Source: Nitrospirota bacterium (GTDB taxonomy: Bacteria; Nitrospirota; UBA9217). Taken from it: a DNA stretch of 64,000 bases. Positions 26,651 to 36,770 of the stretch are shown one piece after another. Location of the stretch: assembly GCA_035516175.1 (NCBI GenBank), contig DATJAO010000008.1, positions 1,604 through 65,603 on the forward strand. The letters are read 5' to 3'. Below the pieces are notes generated by a model. It searched no databases and had not been told where the DNA came from. It was given only the letters and a program-made list of their open reading frames with translations. Made by a program: the position numbers and the translations under genes. Every line of letters begins with the position of its first letter. Position 1 is the stretch's first letter.

Positions 26651-27775
26651 TCAGCCCGCCTGCCTGCTCGAGGCGGTGCAAAATCCCCGTTCGGCATGAA
26701 TTGCCGCCAGGAAAGCGTTCATGCTCCGCTCCACGGAGAACTCCCGAGCAATTTCGAGGGAAGCGGCAGCCATGCGCAGCAATTCTGTGCGCGGAAGGGC
26801 GAGAATCCGCTCTAATGTCCGGAACAGTACAACTACGGAGTTGGACGGCACCACGCAGCCGTTACCACGGACTGCCTCCGGATAGTTCCCCACGCCATCC
26901 GACACGACAAGAACGTTTCCGGTGAAAAGTCCCTCGACAACGGCCAGCGGATTGTTGTCGTGGAGCGACGGCAGAACGAAGAGGTGACTCTCCTGGAAAT
27001 GACGGGCATAGGTTTCCTGTTCACAGAACCCCGTCATTTCGATACCGTATGCCTGATAAGCTGAAATATCGAGCGGTCCGGTTCCCATCACCCTGAGGAG
27101 ACAGGTCTTGCGCAACTCCGGATGATTCTTCAGCAGTAGGGCGTACGCCTCCAGCAGCAGCAGAATCCCTTTTCGCTCGATGAGCGATCCGCTGAACGTC
27201 AGGATGAGCCGCTCATTGGCAAACTTTTTCGACAGCTCTTCTGTCGTAAGTCGGAAACGCCCTTCTTCAATCGTATTGGGGGCATAGTGGAAGGATGCAC
27301 GCGGCAGATAGTGCCTGATGTATTCCTCCGACAAGCATCCCGGTACGATGAAGCTTTGTGCTCTTCGATAGATTGCCTGGCGGAGCTGACCCTTGAGGAA
27401 TGAGACCTTCCCCTCTGTAGCCGGGGTTGCCTCGCTCCAGATGGCATAGCGGATCGTACGTTTCAAGGCATACAGAAACGCGGCAATGCCGCCGCTGTCG
27501 GGGGCGCAGATGATCATGTCCGGTCTAATCCGCTCCAGGTCTTTCATGAGGGAAAACGGCAGTTCCAGATTCCGCTCGTAGCCAGCCCCGATACTGATGC
27601 AGCGGGCCTCAACTTCGGCAAAATCGCGGTCGGCAAAGGCGCTCCATCGGCGACGCGCCTCTGGCTTGCCATAATATACTAGTGTAAGGTCTACCCCCGG
27701 ATCCCGGGCAATGGCATTGAAGAGCGGCACTCGGTAGGGGGTGAGATATTTCTGAAGGATGACCACTTTCTTCAC
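26651..27775 (-). CDS. GT4-family glycosyltransferase
   Basis: GT-B architecture: LILTFSGSLIERKGILLLLEAY and DNNPLAVVEGLFTGNVLVVSD. Confidence 0.75.
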   Translation of the reverse strand: MKKVVILQKYLTPYRVPLFNAIARDPGVDLTLVYYGKPEARRRWSAFADRDFAEVEARCISIGAGYERNLELPFSLMKDLERIRPDMIICAPDSGGIAAFLYALKRTIRYAIWSEATPATEGKVSFLKGQLRQAIYRRAQSFIVPGCLSEEYIRHYLPRASFHYAPNTIEEGRFRLTTEELSKKFANERLILTFSGSLIERKGILLLLEAYALLLKNHPELRKTCLLRVMGTGPLDISAYQAYGIEMTGFCEQETYARHFQESHLFVLPSLHDNNPLAVVEGLFTGNVLVVSDGVGNYPEAVRGNGCVVPSNSVVVLFRTLERILALPRTELLRMAAASLEIAREFSVERSMNAFLAAIHAERGFCTASSRQAG

Positions 27776-27790
27776 ACGATTCTCCCTGAT

Positions 27791-29593
27791 TCATTCCATA
27801 CGATCTGGCGGTCGGCTCGCCCGGCTAAAAGGACCGCCTGCCAACATCTCCACCTGTTCATCGCTTAACATGGAATAAAGGTAGATCCCCAGCCCTTTTC
27901 CCCACCGTTCTCGAACATATTCCACCGAGCTTCGCAGCTGATCTGCCGGCTTCGGCTGCGGCAAGCCGCTCTTCCAGTCATGATTGGAAATCAACAGCAC
28001 CAGCTTATGGGGGTCGCGAAACTGAGCCATTGCCAAATGATGACGCTCCACGTCAGGCGGATCGGCATACTCCATATCGAACACAACGTCCACGAGTCCG
28101 GAATTGGCCCAGCGCGCCTCCTGGCGCCCTTCCTGGTTCGGGTACGATTGAGGATTGCCGTCTACACTGAGGATACAACCGGGACGCAGCTCTCTGACGC
28201 GTTGACTTATTTCCCGCACAACCGCCTCTACCGCAGTGTCCTGCCATTCCTGAAGATGAGGTTCCAGAGTTCCGTCCGCATTGGGGTGGGCGACATCGTG
28301 AACCAGGTCACGGTCGTATCGTACCCGATAGTCGGTTACGCACGATGTACAACGGCAGGTCCCCATTGTTCTGATGTAATCGAGATTGATGCCGTCAACC
28401 GGATAGCGTTTCGCCACATCAGTGATCAACCCGATGACGAAGCGTTGGAAGGCCGACCGGTGCAGATCAAAGGCATCGGCCGGCGTCGCCGCACTGAAAA
28501 ACTCGCCATGTTCGCGGCTGAACTCCTTCTCCCTGAGGGTCACCGTCAACCAGGGGTGGACTTGGATGCCGTTTTCGTGGGCGATGCTGATCAGCCGCGC
28601 CAGGGGATCCCTGCCGGCAAACTGCTGGTTCCGAGCCGCTGCTATAAGGCTTGTCGGGTAGCGGGCGCCATTGCCATGCCAGACGCAGGGGATGTAGACA
28701 TTAAAGCCGGCCTTCTTGATTCTCTGGATGATCTCCCGGGCCCCTTTCTCGGTCTGCCAGCCGATTCCCTCGTCGAAGATGGCCCGCCACTCCGATAACG
28801 AGCCATCCTTGTGCACCGGTAATTCGCGCCGGACCGGTTTTTGGTGCTCATAGAGAGCACGAATTTCTTGATCGGTAAGGGTTCGTCGGACGAACGCCAG
28901 TTCAGCGAAATCAACATCGGCCCAGCGCCCGTTTGCGAGCGGAGTTCCCTGGTCTGAGCCGAGATAGAGCTCCTTTCCAGGTCGATATCCCCCGGTATAG
29001 CGCGTATCCTGCGCCGCTAGTATCCCATTCACATAGAGTCGAATATATCCGGGGGTTCCGCTCTTCCAGACAGCGGTTAAATGAGTCCACTCCCCTTTTT
29101 CATACCGGATCTTCCTGGCCATGTTGGAGTAATCCTGATTATTGCCGATTAGATAGGTAAGCCCGGCCCCGTTCGGCTCCCACCAGCCTCGGGAAAAGGT
29201 AAAATAGCCCATTTTACCGTCCTGCCAAGGGAAAGAAAGAAAAGTGTGTGATGCCTTGTCGCTCTCATCCCAGTGTGGACGGACCCAGAACGATACACAC
29301 CCTGCTGCAGGGTCGATGAACCGAGCGGTATCGAGCGTCAGGAATTCTCCCTTGTTCAACCGGAGGACCGTCCCAAAAAAGCCGTCGGCAACTATGCTGC
29401 CGGGCTGTTTACGGATGGTTCCGACTATATTTTCGGGCAACTCCCCTTTCGGCAAGACCTGCATTGCGCCAGTGCCGGCGGGCAAGTCCCACGCGCCAGC
29501 CCACGCAGGGCCGCAGAAGGCTAGCAAAATCACGAGCAGTGGCAGCAAGCCGCCATATCCCAGCGCATAACTCACTGAACGAGAGACTCTCAT
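27791..29593 (-). CDS. Secreted LamG (concanavalin-like) domain protein fused to a GHL10/DUF187-type glycoside-hydrolase-like TIM barrel
   Basis: Signal peptide LLAFCGPAWAG. LamG-like N-terminal half (CVSFWVRP, WTHLTAVW, LYVNG, FAELAFVRRTL). C-terminal FNVYIPCVWHGNGARYPTS, IQVHPWLTV, GINLDYIR. Confidence 0.65.
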   Translation of the reverse strand: MRVSRSVSYALGYGGLLPLLVILLAFCGPAWAGAWDLPAGTGAMQVLPKGELPENIVGTIRKQPGSIVADGFFGTVLRLNKGEFLTLDTARFIDPAAGCVSFWVRPHWDESDKASHTFLSFPWQDGKMGYFTFSRGWWEPNGAGLTYLIGNNQDYSNMARKIRYEKGEWTHLTAVWKSGTPGYIRLYVNGILAAQDTRYTGGYRPGKELYLGSDQGTPLANGRWADVDFAELAFVRRTLTDQEIRALYEHQKPVRRELPVHKDGSLSEWRAIFDEGIGWQTEKGAREIIQRIKKAGFNVYIPCVWHGNGARYPTSLIAAARNQQFAGRDPLARLISIAHENGIQVHPWLTVTLREKEFSREHGEFFSAATPADAFDLHRSAFQRFVIGLITDVAKRYPVDGINLDYIRTMGTCRCTSCVTDYRVRYDRDLVHDVAHPNADGTLEPHLQEWQDTAVEAVVREISQRVRELRPGCILSVDGNPQSYPNQEGRQEARWANSGLVDVVFDMEYADPPDVERHHLAMAQFRDPHKLVLLISNHDWKSGLPQPKPADQLRSSVEYVRERWGKGLGIYLYSMLSDEQVEMLAGGPFSRASRPPDRME

Positions 29594-29599
29594 GTTGAT

Positions 29600-30772
29600 C
29601 TAGGTCTCCTGCTCGGTACGGTTGAGTGCACTGCGACTAAGCACCATCTTCAATTCCCTGGCCAACATCCTCCAGTCCAGAGCCTGTTCCGCCGACTTTC
29701 GGGCATTATCTCCCAGTCGGTGGCACAATGCCCGGTCGTCATAGAGTCTTACGATCTGCTTCTCCATTTCTTCCCACGACTCCGCCACCAGTCCGCAGTC
29801 CCAGGCAGTCAGGAACTTACGCGTATGCCCCAGATTCGTCGACAGAATCGGAATTCCGGCAGCCGCATACGTGGCGAGTTTGCTTATTGAGACCCTACTC
29901 CACCAATCACTGACGGGATAGGGGATGATCCCTGCATCCGCGCGGTTAGACAATATCTCCATATATTCCCGATAAGTGAGCCCGGTGAGCACTTTCAGCC
30001 AGGACCGGTTCGGCAGGTCCAGTGTCCCGTCCAGCCGTCCACAGCAGAGCAGCTCGACAGGGCGGATCGCATTTACCTTTTCGATACAGGAAAATAGTTC
30101 CCGAGCTCCTCTGTCGACCGAAAGGACGCCCCCGTAACAGATTGCGAAACCTGCGTGGTGCGGCCTCCGCGCAACAGGTCGGACCTCGGCGACGTTCAAC
30201 CCCATCGGAATGACGTGGAATGCCTGAATATCGAGTTGATGTTGCGTTTGCAGGTACTCTCCCATTTCAGGGGCATTCGTGATGACATGTTCCGCCGAGC
30301 GGAGCAACGCCTTTTCCTGGATGCGCCGCAAAAACAGCATGACCCTCTTTTTCACTCCGCTGCCTACGAACATATCGATCATCATAAGGGGTGGGTCGAT
30401 GAAATCAACGACGACTCGCACCATCCCGGTCGCTTTCATTGCTCGTAGCAGCAAAACTGTAACTGCCGAAGTAACGAAGGCACTGGTCCTCAACAAGGGA
30501 TAGGCAATGACCAACGTCGTCTGCCGCTTCCCGAAACAGGCCCGCATTAGCTCACTCATCAAGAAACAAACGATCGTACTGCTGCTCGTTATTAGTTCGT
30601 CTCCTTTTTTTTCGCGTAGGCAGGAGTCAGCCAGAGAATACCAGGCCGTCCGAAACGATGCGTCTCCATCCTGGAACAGCTTCCCGTACAGACCTTTATA
30701 TCTCTCGCACCACGGCCCCAGACCCGATGTTTCATTCGGGTAAAATTCGGTTATGAAGGTGAGCCGTTTCAT
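29600..30772 (-). CDS. Glycosyltransferase-like protein (GT1/GT4-type C-terminal domain)
   Basis: SISKLATYAAAGIPILSTNLGHTRKFLTAWDCGLV resembles the GT-B nucleotide-sugar-binding half. The N-terminal half is divergent. Confidence 0.55.
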   Translation of the reverse strand: MKRLTFITEFYPNETSGLGPWCERYKGLYGKLFQDGDASFRTAWYSLADSCLREKKGDELITSSSTIVCFLMSELMRACFGKRQTTLVIAYPLLRTSAFVTSAVTVLLLRAMKATGMVRVVVDFIDPPLMMIDMFVGSGVKKRVMLFLRRIQEKALLRSAEHVITNAPEMGEYLQTQHQLDIQAFHVIPMGLNVAEVRPVARRPHHAGFAICYGGVLSVDRGARELFSCIEKVNAIRPVELLCCGRLDGTLDLPNRSWLKVLTGLTYREYMEILSNRADAGIIPYPVSDWWSRVSISKLATYAAAGIPILSTNLGHTRKFLTAWDCGLVAESWEEMEKQIVRLYDDRALCHRLGDNARKSAEQALDWRMLARELKMVLSRSALNRTEQET

Positions 30773-33119
30773 GGGGATTTTTCATTCCTCCCTGTTTAGT
30801 TACGAGTCTGTGCAACGAGTTGATGATCATGTCGTTCTTTACCCGGCAATCGAAGCGCTCGTCATACCGCGCTGCATTCAGGGCAAGAGTAGTGCGCAGT
30901 TGCTTATCCCGATACAGTAGGAGGATTTTCTCCGCCAGGTCGCGGGCATCACCCGCGCGAAACAGCAGGCCGCTGACACCGTGCTCGATGATGCGCCTGA
31001 TACCCGCGATATTTGAGGCAACCACCGGTCGCCCCAGTGAAAAGTACTCCAGAACCTTTATCGGATAGGTCTGGGCCAGGTCAGGCACGTCTTTAAACGG
31101 CACTACGCAGACCGTAGTGCCCCTTATGATCTCAAAAAGTTTATCATGCTCGACATAATCGATGAACCTGACCCGTGTTAAGCCCTGCAATTTTGTGACC
31201 TGTACCCTAACATGTGGCGGAATTTGGCCGATAATAGTCAGCACAAGGCCGGGAATCACGTCTTTCAGAAGGGTGAATGCATCAGCCAGCGTATCCAGCC
31301 CCATTTGCAGCGTATAACTGCTCCGCATGCACAGTATTGAAAAATCATTGTGGGGATAATTATCGACGGCCAGTTGAAGAGAGTTGTTCTCCTGAGAGAT
31401 TGCATTGAAACAGAGAAGCATCTTCTCGTCCGGAATACCGAAATAGTGAAGTTCAAAATCAGGAATAATTGAGACAATGAACCCGTCTGCTGAACGGTAA
31501 GCGTATTTCATGACGCTGCGGATCAGTCGCAAATGCAAAAAGTGCATTATCCCTCGGCCTCGCTCAACACGTATCGGGATATCCCACACATCCACAACCC
31601 AACGGCACCGGGTCAGCAGCCTGGCAAAAAGCCCGCATACCCCCAGGAAGGAAGGCCCGCTAATCACAATATCAACGCGGCCATTCTTTCTTTTCCTTAA
31701 AAAAAACAAAACGGCATGGACTATGTACGACGTGTTTCCAGGCCGCGGGGAATTTAGCACAGCGGTCCCTGTCGGGACTGCGCTGGAATAGTCAGCTCCA
31801 TATGGAGCCAGTATGGTAAGGTTTGTCTTACGGCTCAGGAAGTAGGCGCGCTGATAATAGTTCATGTTCGCATCGCCGGGTTTCGGTCGTGCGGGACAGA
31901 CAAATACTACGTTCAGCCCGTTTTGCGACGTTCCCTCCCCGGAGACGTCGCCGGATGAGCATATATTTTCGCATATTTTGATCAACCTATCCACGATACA
32001 CTGGTTTTTTAATTTACCATCGAATTTCTCGTTGTATACTTTAGCGTTCGTAGAAATATACTTTCTTAACTTTTCGTTATGTATCAATGTTTCGATTTTT
32101 TCTGCAAGCTCAATATGATTTCCTGGCGTGAACAATAACCCGTTGTAGCCATCATCAATCATTTCAGATATTCCTTTGATACGAGCAGCTACCAGGATTT
32201 TCCCCTGGGTAAGATATTCCATTACCTTCGCTGGATATGTCTGAGCTAAATCCTCAACATCTCTCCAAGGAATAACGCAACAATCGACTTCATTAATCAA
32301 CTTCATGAGTTCGGGATGTTTCATAAATCCGGTGAAAGTAACACGCGTCGATGCCCTTAATGTAGTTATCGATTTTTCGACGTCCTCATCTATAGTTCCT
32401 ACTATCCATAATCTTATATTGGGAATTTTTTTTTCCAGAATGCTGAAGGCATCGCCAAGTACATCAAGACCCATATTTCTGTTATGATTGCTCCTCATAC
32501 ACAACAACCGGAATGGCAAATTCTCATTTTTGGGCTGATAATCAGGAGGATTTTCAGGCACACATATTGTAGTTTGCCACTGCAGTATCTTTTCTTGTGG
32601 GACTCGAAAATATCTGAACCCCATATCCGGCCTGATGCCCACAATAAAGAGATCGGCCGAACGATAAAGATGGCGGAAAAGCGCCTTGGTCAGCTGGTTT
32701 TTCAGCAGCTTGAAGGGCTTGGTGCCGAGATAGCGTAAAGGGATGTCCCAGACGTCAACCACCCAAGGCAGCGCAAATGCCACCTTGGCCACGAAACCGA
32801 CTAGGCCGATTACAGACGGCTCGGTAATTACCACCACAGCTGGCCGCCGATTTTTTTTCATGCTCAACCAGCGGATAGCTTCAATTATCACCCCCATTTT
32901 GCCGGGGAAACAGCTATTGACCACGACTGTTCCGATATCGGCATGCTCAGAGAAATCTGCCCCTTTTGGACAAATAACGATCAGCTCCGTAATCCGGCTC
33001 AGAAAATGAACCCGCATAATGTGTTCGAAATTTTTCCCTTCACGTCCTAGGGAGCTTGTGATGAATATGACTCTGGGTGGATTTTTCATATTCCGTTCTA
33101 CGTTTCTTTTTACGGCCAT
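30732..33119 (-). CDS. Fused double glycosyltransferase (two tandem GT4-like modules in one 795-aa ORF)
   Basis: The two halves align: VIFITSSLGREGKNFEHIMRVHFLSRITELIVICPKGADFSEHADIGTVVVNS with VVFVCPARPKPGDANMNYYQRAYFLSRKTNLTILAPYGADYSSAVPTGTAVLNS. Both halves end in DLAQTYP.KV(M/L)EY...G. Confidence 0.75.
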   Translation of the reverse strand: MAVKRNVERNMKNPPRVIFITSSLGREGKNFEHIMRVHFLSRITELIVICPKGADFSEHADIGTVVVNSCFPGKMGVIIEAIRWLSMKKNRRPAVVVITEPSVIGLVGFVAKVAFALPWVVDVWDIPLRYLGTKPFKLLKNQLTKALFRHLYRSADLFIVGIRPDMGFRYFRVPQEKILQWQTTICVPENPPDYQPKNENLPFRLLCMRSNHNRNMGLDVLGDAFSILEKKIPNIRLWIVGTIDEDVEKSITTLRASTRVTFTGFMKHPELMKLINEVDCCVIPWRDVEDLAQTYPAKVMEYLTQGKILVAARIKGISEMIDDGYNGLLFTPGNHIELAEKIETLIHNEKLRKYISTNAKVYNEKFDGKLKNQCIVDRLIKICENICSSGDVSGEGTSQNGLNVVFVCPARPKPGDANMNYYQRAYFLSRKTNLTILAPYGADYSSAVPTGTAVLNSPRPGNTSYIVHAVLFFLRKRKNGRVDIVISGPSFLGVCGLFARLLTRCRWVVDVWDIPIRVERGRGIMHFLHLRLIRSVMKYAYRSADGFIVSIIPDFELHYFGIPDEKMLLCFNAISQENNSLQLAVDNYPHNDFSILCMRSSYTLQMGLDTLADAFTLLKDVIPGLVLTIIGQIPPHVRVQVTKLQGLTRVRFIDYVEHDKLFEIIRGTTVCVVPFKDVPDLAQTYPIKVLEYFSLGRPVVASNIAGIRRIIEHGVSGLLFRAGDARDLAEKILLLYRDKQLRTTLALNAARYDERFDCRVKNDMIINSLHRLVTKQGGMKNPHETAHLHNRILPE

Positions 33120-33471
33120 TTATAAATTATATTTTCCTGATCGCTGCATTTTTCGCCTATTTTGAGCGCACCCCTGCCGTGAGGATTGGTTTATGATCGG
33201 CGGTCCGTTTTCTTCCATCGCGTCGTATGAATTCTGCCGATCAGCAGACTGGCCATATGCGGATGTTATACGCAAGCGCGCTCCGGCAAATCTTCGCATC
33301 GAAAATGCGCCTTCTTTTTCGATAAGTTGAGAGAGAAAATATAGACTCTAACCAGTAATTTGAACTGTTCATTATGGCCATTTACTAAAGGTAGCAATTT
33401 AAAGTGCTTTCTCTTCCAGAGCATTGCCTGTGAGTCTTCAATTTTCAGCAACTCATTCTCCTTGTAGACGT

Positions 33472-34518
33472 TTATGTCGTAATCTTATCCAGTATGGGCA
33501 TGTGGGGGAAAACCTCTCTTTTTACGAATATTGGAACTATCAGTCCTGCCGATAAAAGTAAAAGAGCAATCCATATGAAATTTTCACCATCCAATGTAGT
33601 AAATTTGAGCAAAATCGCTTTTACTAAACCCATGCTTATAGTGTTCATAAGATATATCGGAAAAGAAAATAATCCCAGTGTGTTCAATATCCTGAATGAT
33701 GACGTAACCGGGAGCCTTACGAAAGCATGAATGGCAGGAATCGCGATTAGACCAAGCCAGGTTGCATCTCTATCAGGATGCAAAATGAAAAGACCGACCG
33801 CAAAAACACCCAGCCATAACCAGCGAAACTCATCGATGGCAAAGATATATCGTGTCCACGATGATACGATTACCCCTCCTAGAACAAAATACAATAGATG
33901 ATAAAAAACCTCATGCATTGCAAAAATATGGGGTACCGGCACAAAATGTATGATGAATGCCAATAAAAAGATGATCCATAGTTTGCGGGCTGTCACCAGC
34001 ATAAGGAGAGGAACCAAAGCATTTAACAGAAACAGAGCGTAAATGTACCAAAGGAATGAAGCAGCGCTGCTATCCGTTGGAACATAAAAGACCTTGAGTA
34101 TTTCACAAAACGATTTAGGCGGATTATCGACATAGAAAAAATGCATTGCCAAGACTTTTCCTATTGCTACTATTATAGAAAACAAAAAAAATGCGGGCAT
34201 CAGTCGCATAAACTTTTTTCTGATAAAGCTTAAATAATCTTTCACGGAAGAGATGTCTGGACAGGTCAGAAAGAATACAACTCCGCTCAGGAACATGAAA
34301 AATGACATATGGAAGCTATATATATATTCTCTAAGCGTCTGATACCATGCAGCCTCGGCAGGAATTCCGACGGCGACAATATGCCCGGTAACAACGAGGA
34401 ATATGGCTATCCCTTTTCCTCTATCTATATCCTCAAGCCTCTTTTTCCCCATCAACAATACATTATAACGAATATGGAAATTTGCTAACAACCCGACCAG
34501 CCTATACTTGTCGAACAT
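33472..34518 (-). CDS. Acyltransferase family 3 membrane O-acyltransferase
   Basis: DIDRGKGIAIFLVVTGHIV motif, then about 9-10 TM segments. AT-rich gene. Confidence 0.8.
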   Translation of the reverse strand: MFDKYRLVGLLANFHIRYNVLLMGKKRLEDIDRGKGIAIFLVVTGHIVAVGIPAEAAWYQTLREYIYSFHMSFFMFLSGVVFFLTCPDISSVKDYLSFIRKKFMRLMPAFFLFSIIVAIGKVLAMHFFYVDNPPKSFCEILKVFYVPTDSSAASFLWYIYALFLLNALVPLLMLVTARKLWIIFLLAFIIHFVPVPHIFAMHEVFYHLLYFVLGGVIVSSWTRYIFAIDEFRWLWLGVFAVGLFILHPDRDATWLGLIAIPAIHAFVRLPVTSSFRILNTLGLFSFPIYLMNTISMGLVKAILLKFTTLDGENFIWIALLLLSAGLIVPIFVKREVFPHMPILDKITT

Positions 34519-34550
34519 TTCATTCCATCCTCTTTAATCCGATGGCAGGT

Positions 34551-35909
34551 TCAGGCTGTAATTTCGACAACCTTTTTTCTATTGAGTTGTGACCTGTATA
34601 CTAAAAATAAAACGAGCGCACTCTGGAACAGGTAGGCAATGAGCCGAGCAGCGACGAGACCAGCAGCCCCCCGATCAATTAGCAGCTCAGTCATTATAAT
34701 AAAGAGGAGGGCCCAGCAAAGATTCAGGAAAAAAGCAATCCAGAGACGCCCCTCAGCATTCAGCGACTGACTGACTGGGGACACTATCGCCACAAGTCCT
34801 GCGGTTACAATGGAGATAACCAGCACCGGCCAAGCAGGAGCAAAGCCGGCTCCATAGAGTGACAGCAGCCAGGGACTCGCAATTGATATAACCAGAACCA
34901 GTGGCACAACCACAAAGGCATTAGCCAACACCGTTATTTTCAGTATCCGGCGTGAACGGGCGTTGTCGCCGGCCCCTACCGACTCCGCCAGCATCGGTAA
35001 GACTACCTGCCCCAGAAGGCCGGGGAGGAACATAACTAGGCCGAACCACTGGTTGGTGGCATTGAAGATCCCCATCTGGGCATAACCGCCGGGTTTATTT
35101 ACGAGTATAGCACTGCAAACCCATCCAACCGGCCCGAACAGTGTACTTGCCAGAACCGCAGGCAGGCTGAAGCTTTTGAGAACCGCCAGCTCCCGCCAGA
35201 CGCCTGTAAAACTGAAAGGCACACCAGCCTTGGCTGCTTCTCGTCTCACCGCCAGATGGGTAACCAGCCAGCCAAACGCGCCGCTCGCTACCAGTGACCA
35301 AACCGCTCCGTACAGACCACCGAGGAGAACACCGCATACCATGAAGATAAAAGTTGCGATGCCCGACTGCAGATTAACCCATGCAATGGTCCTGAACGCA
35401 TGGAATCCGGCGAGTGAGCCTGTCTGTGCACCATTCAGTGAGATCAGGAAGAAATACAACGCGCTTATCCGCAACAGACTGCTAAGATGTGGGGCAGCCA
35501 GGGTTTGTGATGCCACCCATGGGGCGAAAATAGCCAGGCATACGGCCAACAACATGCTTGAAGCAAATGACACGATGCCGGACAGGGCCATTATTCGGCC
35601 GGCCCGCTCTGAGTCTTTTTCGCGGTTTTCGGCAATGTGCTTGGTGGCCGTTAGGCCGAGGCCGTAGGCAATAATGGCACTCAGGCTCACTACAGTGCCC
35701 TGAATAATACCGAATTCTCCAAAACCTTCCTTGCCCAGACGTCGTGCCAACAGAATAGCAGCAAGAAGCGAGAGTCCGCGGGCCGAAAGTGTGCCGACCA
35801 AACTCCAGAAAGTCCCGCTGGCTAGACGGTAACCGAGGGGAGATACCCGGACACGGGCCACAAACAGGGCAACGAATGGCGGCATATAACGAATAAACAG
35901 CGTCTTCAC
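34551..35909 (-). CDS. Wzx-like polysaccharide flippase (MOP superfamily)
   Basis: 452 aa, about 12-14 TM segments, with the glycine/alanine-rich helices typical of polysaccharide biosynthesis (PST) proteins. Confidence 0.75.
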   Translation of the reverse strand: MKTLFIRYMPPFVALFVARVRVSPLGYRLASGTFWSLVGTLSARGLSLLAAILLARRLGKEGFGEFGIIQGTVVSLSAIIAYGLGLTATKHIAENREKDSERAGRIMALSGIVSFASSMLLAVCLAIFAPWVASQTLAAPHLSSLLRISALYFFLISLNGAQTGSLAGFHAFRTIAWVNLQSGIATFIFMVCGVLLGGLYGAVWSLVASGAFGWLVTHLAVRREAAKAGVPFSFTGVWRELAVLKSFSLPAVLASTLFGPVGWVCSAILVNKPGGYAQMGIFNATNQWFGLVMFLPGLLGQVVLPMLAESVGAGDNARSRRILKITVLANAFVVVPLVLVISIASPWLLSLYGAGFAPAWPVLVISIVTAGLVAIVSPVSQSLNAEGRLWIAFFLNLCWALLFIIMTELLIDRGAAGLVAARLIAYLFQSALVLFLVYRSQLNRKKVVEITA

Positions 35910-35933
35910 TTTGTTATCTTCTCCGTTCTCCGC

Positions 35934-36611
35934 CTAGGCGTATCGAGAGAAATTCGCCGCAGGTCGCGTGAGGCCCGTTTCGCCGAATAGGAATTGAAGC
36001 TTGTCGTGCGCCATAATCTCATAAGCAAAAAACCAGCATATTTTCACCGATTCTGAAAGCATCCAGTAAATCCGCTGTTTGACCTGGAACAGTTTACCAT
36101 CAGGTGTTTCCACTCGTGCCGGAATACAGGCAATGGCATATTTTGCATCACCGAAAACCCTTTGGGCTATTAGCCTGATTCGTCGCATATGATACTCAGA
36201 ACTAACGAAGACAGCAGATTTCAAACCATAGTCATCCATGAGTCTCTTTGCAGCCAATATCTCGACATGGGTATCTTCAAAGTACGGTTTATAGGAGAGT
36301 CTTTTCCTCCGGTCATAAAACAGCGCAATCTCTTCGTCGGTGATTCCTTTGATATCTGAGAGTTGCTTTGCGGTGACAGGGAATACCTTCATGTAGGCCG
36401 GGACGATCAAATACCGAGCCCTGCATTCGACGGCAACCTGGCAGGCTTTCCGCCGGCGCGCAACAAATTCTGGACCAACTAAGAGAATCACGGCATCCGC
36501 AGGACGGGGCGAATCGGAATAGGCTAGATACCCCGGCAGGAGCAGAAGAATGACCAGCGCCAGCAGGAGGAGGATCGACAGAAGATAGCGTATAACTTTT
36601 TTTTCTCTCAC
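35934..36611 (-). CDS. DUF218 (YdcF/ElyC/SanA-like) protein
   Basis: N-terminal TM segment, then DAVILLVG, ARYLIVPA and VFVSSEYHMRRIRL motifs. GTG start. Confidence 0.7.
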   Translation of the reverse strand: MREKKVIRYLLSILLLLALVILLLLPGYLAYSDSPRPADAVILLVGPEFVARRRKACQVAVECRARYLIVPAYMKVFPVTAKQLSDIKGITDEEIALFYDRRKRLSYKPYFEDTHVEILAAKRLMDDYGLKSAVFVSSEYHMRRIRLIAQRVFGDAKYAIACIPARVETPDGKLFQVKQRIYWMLSESVKICWFFAYEIMAHDKLQFLFGETGLTRPAANFSRYA

Positions 36612-36770
36612 TTGATCGATCGCCGATCCTGTAGCTTTTTTACGATTCCATCAAGCAGGTCATGCAACACGGACAAACCGTAAATATCTCTATTCAGAGA
36701 AATGACCAAACGGGCGCATGATATGCTCTTGTTTCGTTACGATATAATGAATACTTGCTGTCAGCGTAAA

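Noticed and set aside
33266-33451. 61-aa minus-strand ORF in the gap between the acyltransferase and the double GT
   Set aside because: It has no SD and no motif, its composition is typical of AT-rich intergenic DNA, and its size is just above the ORF cutoff.
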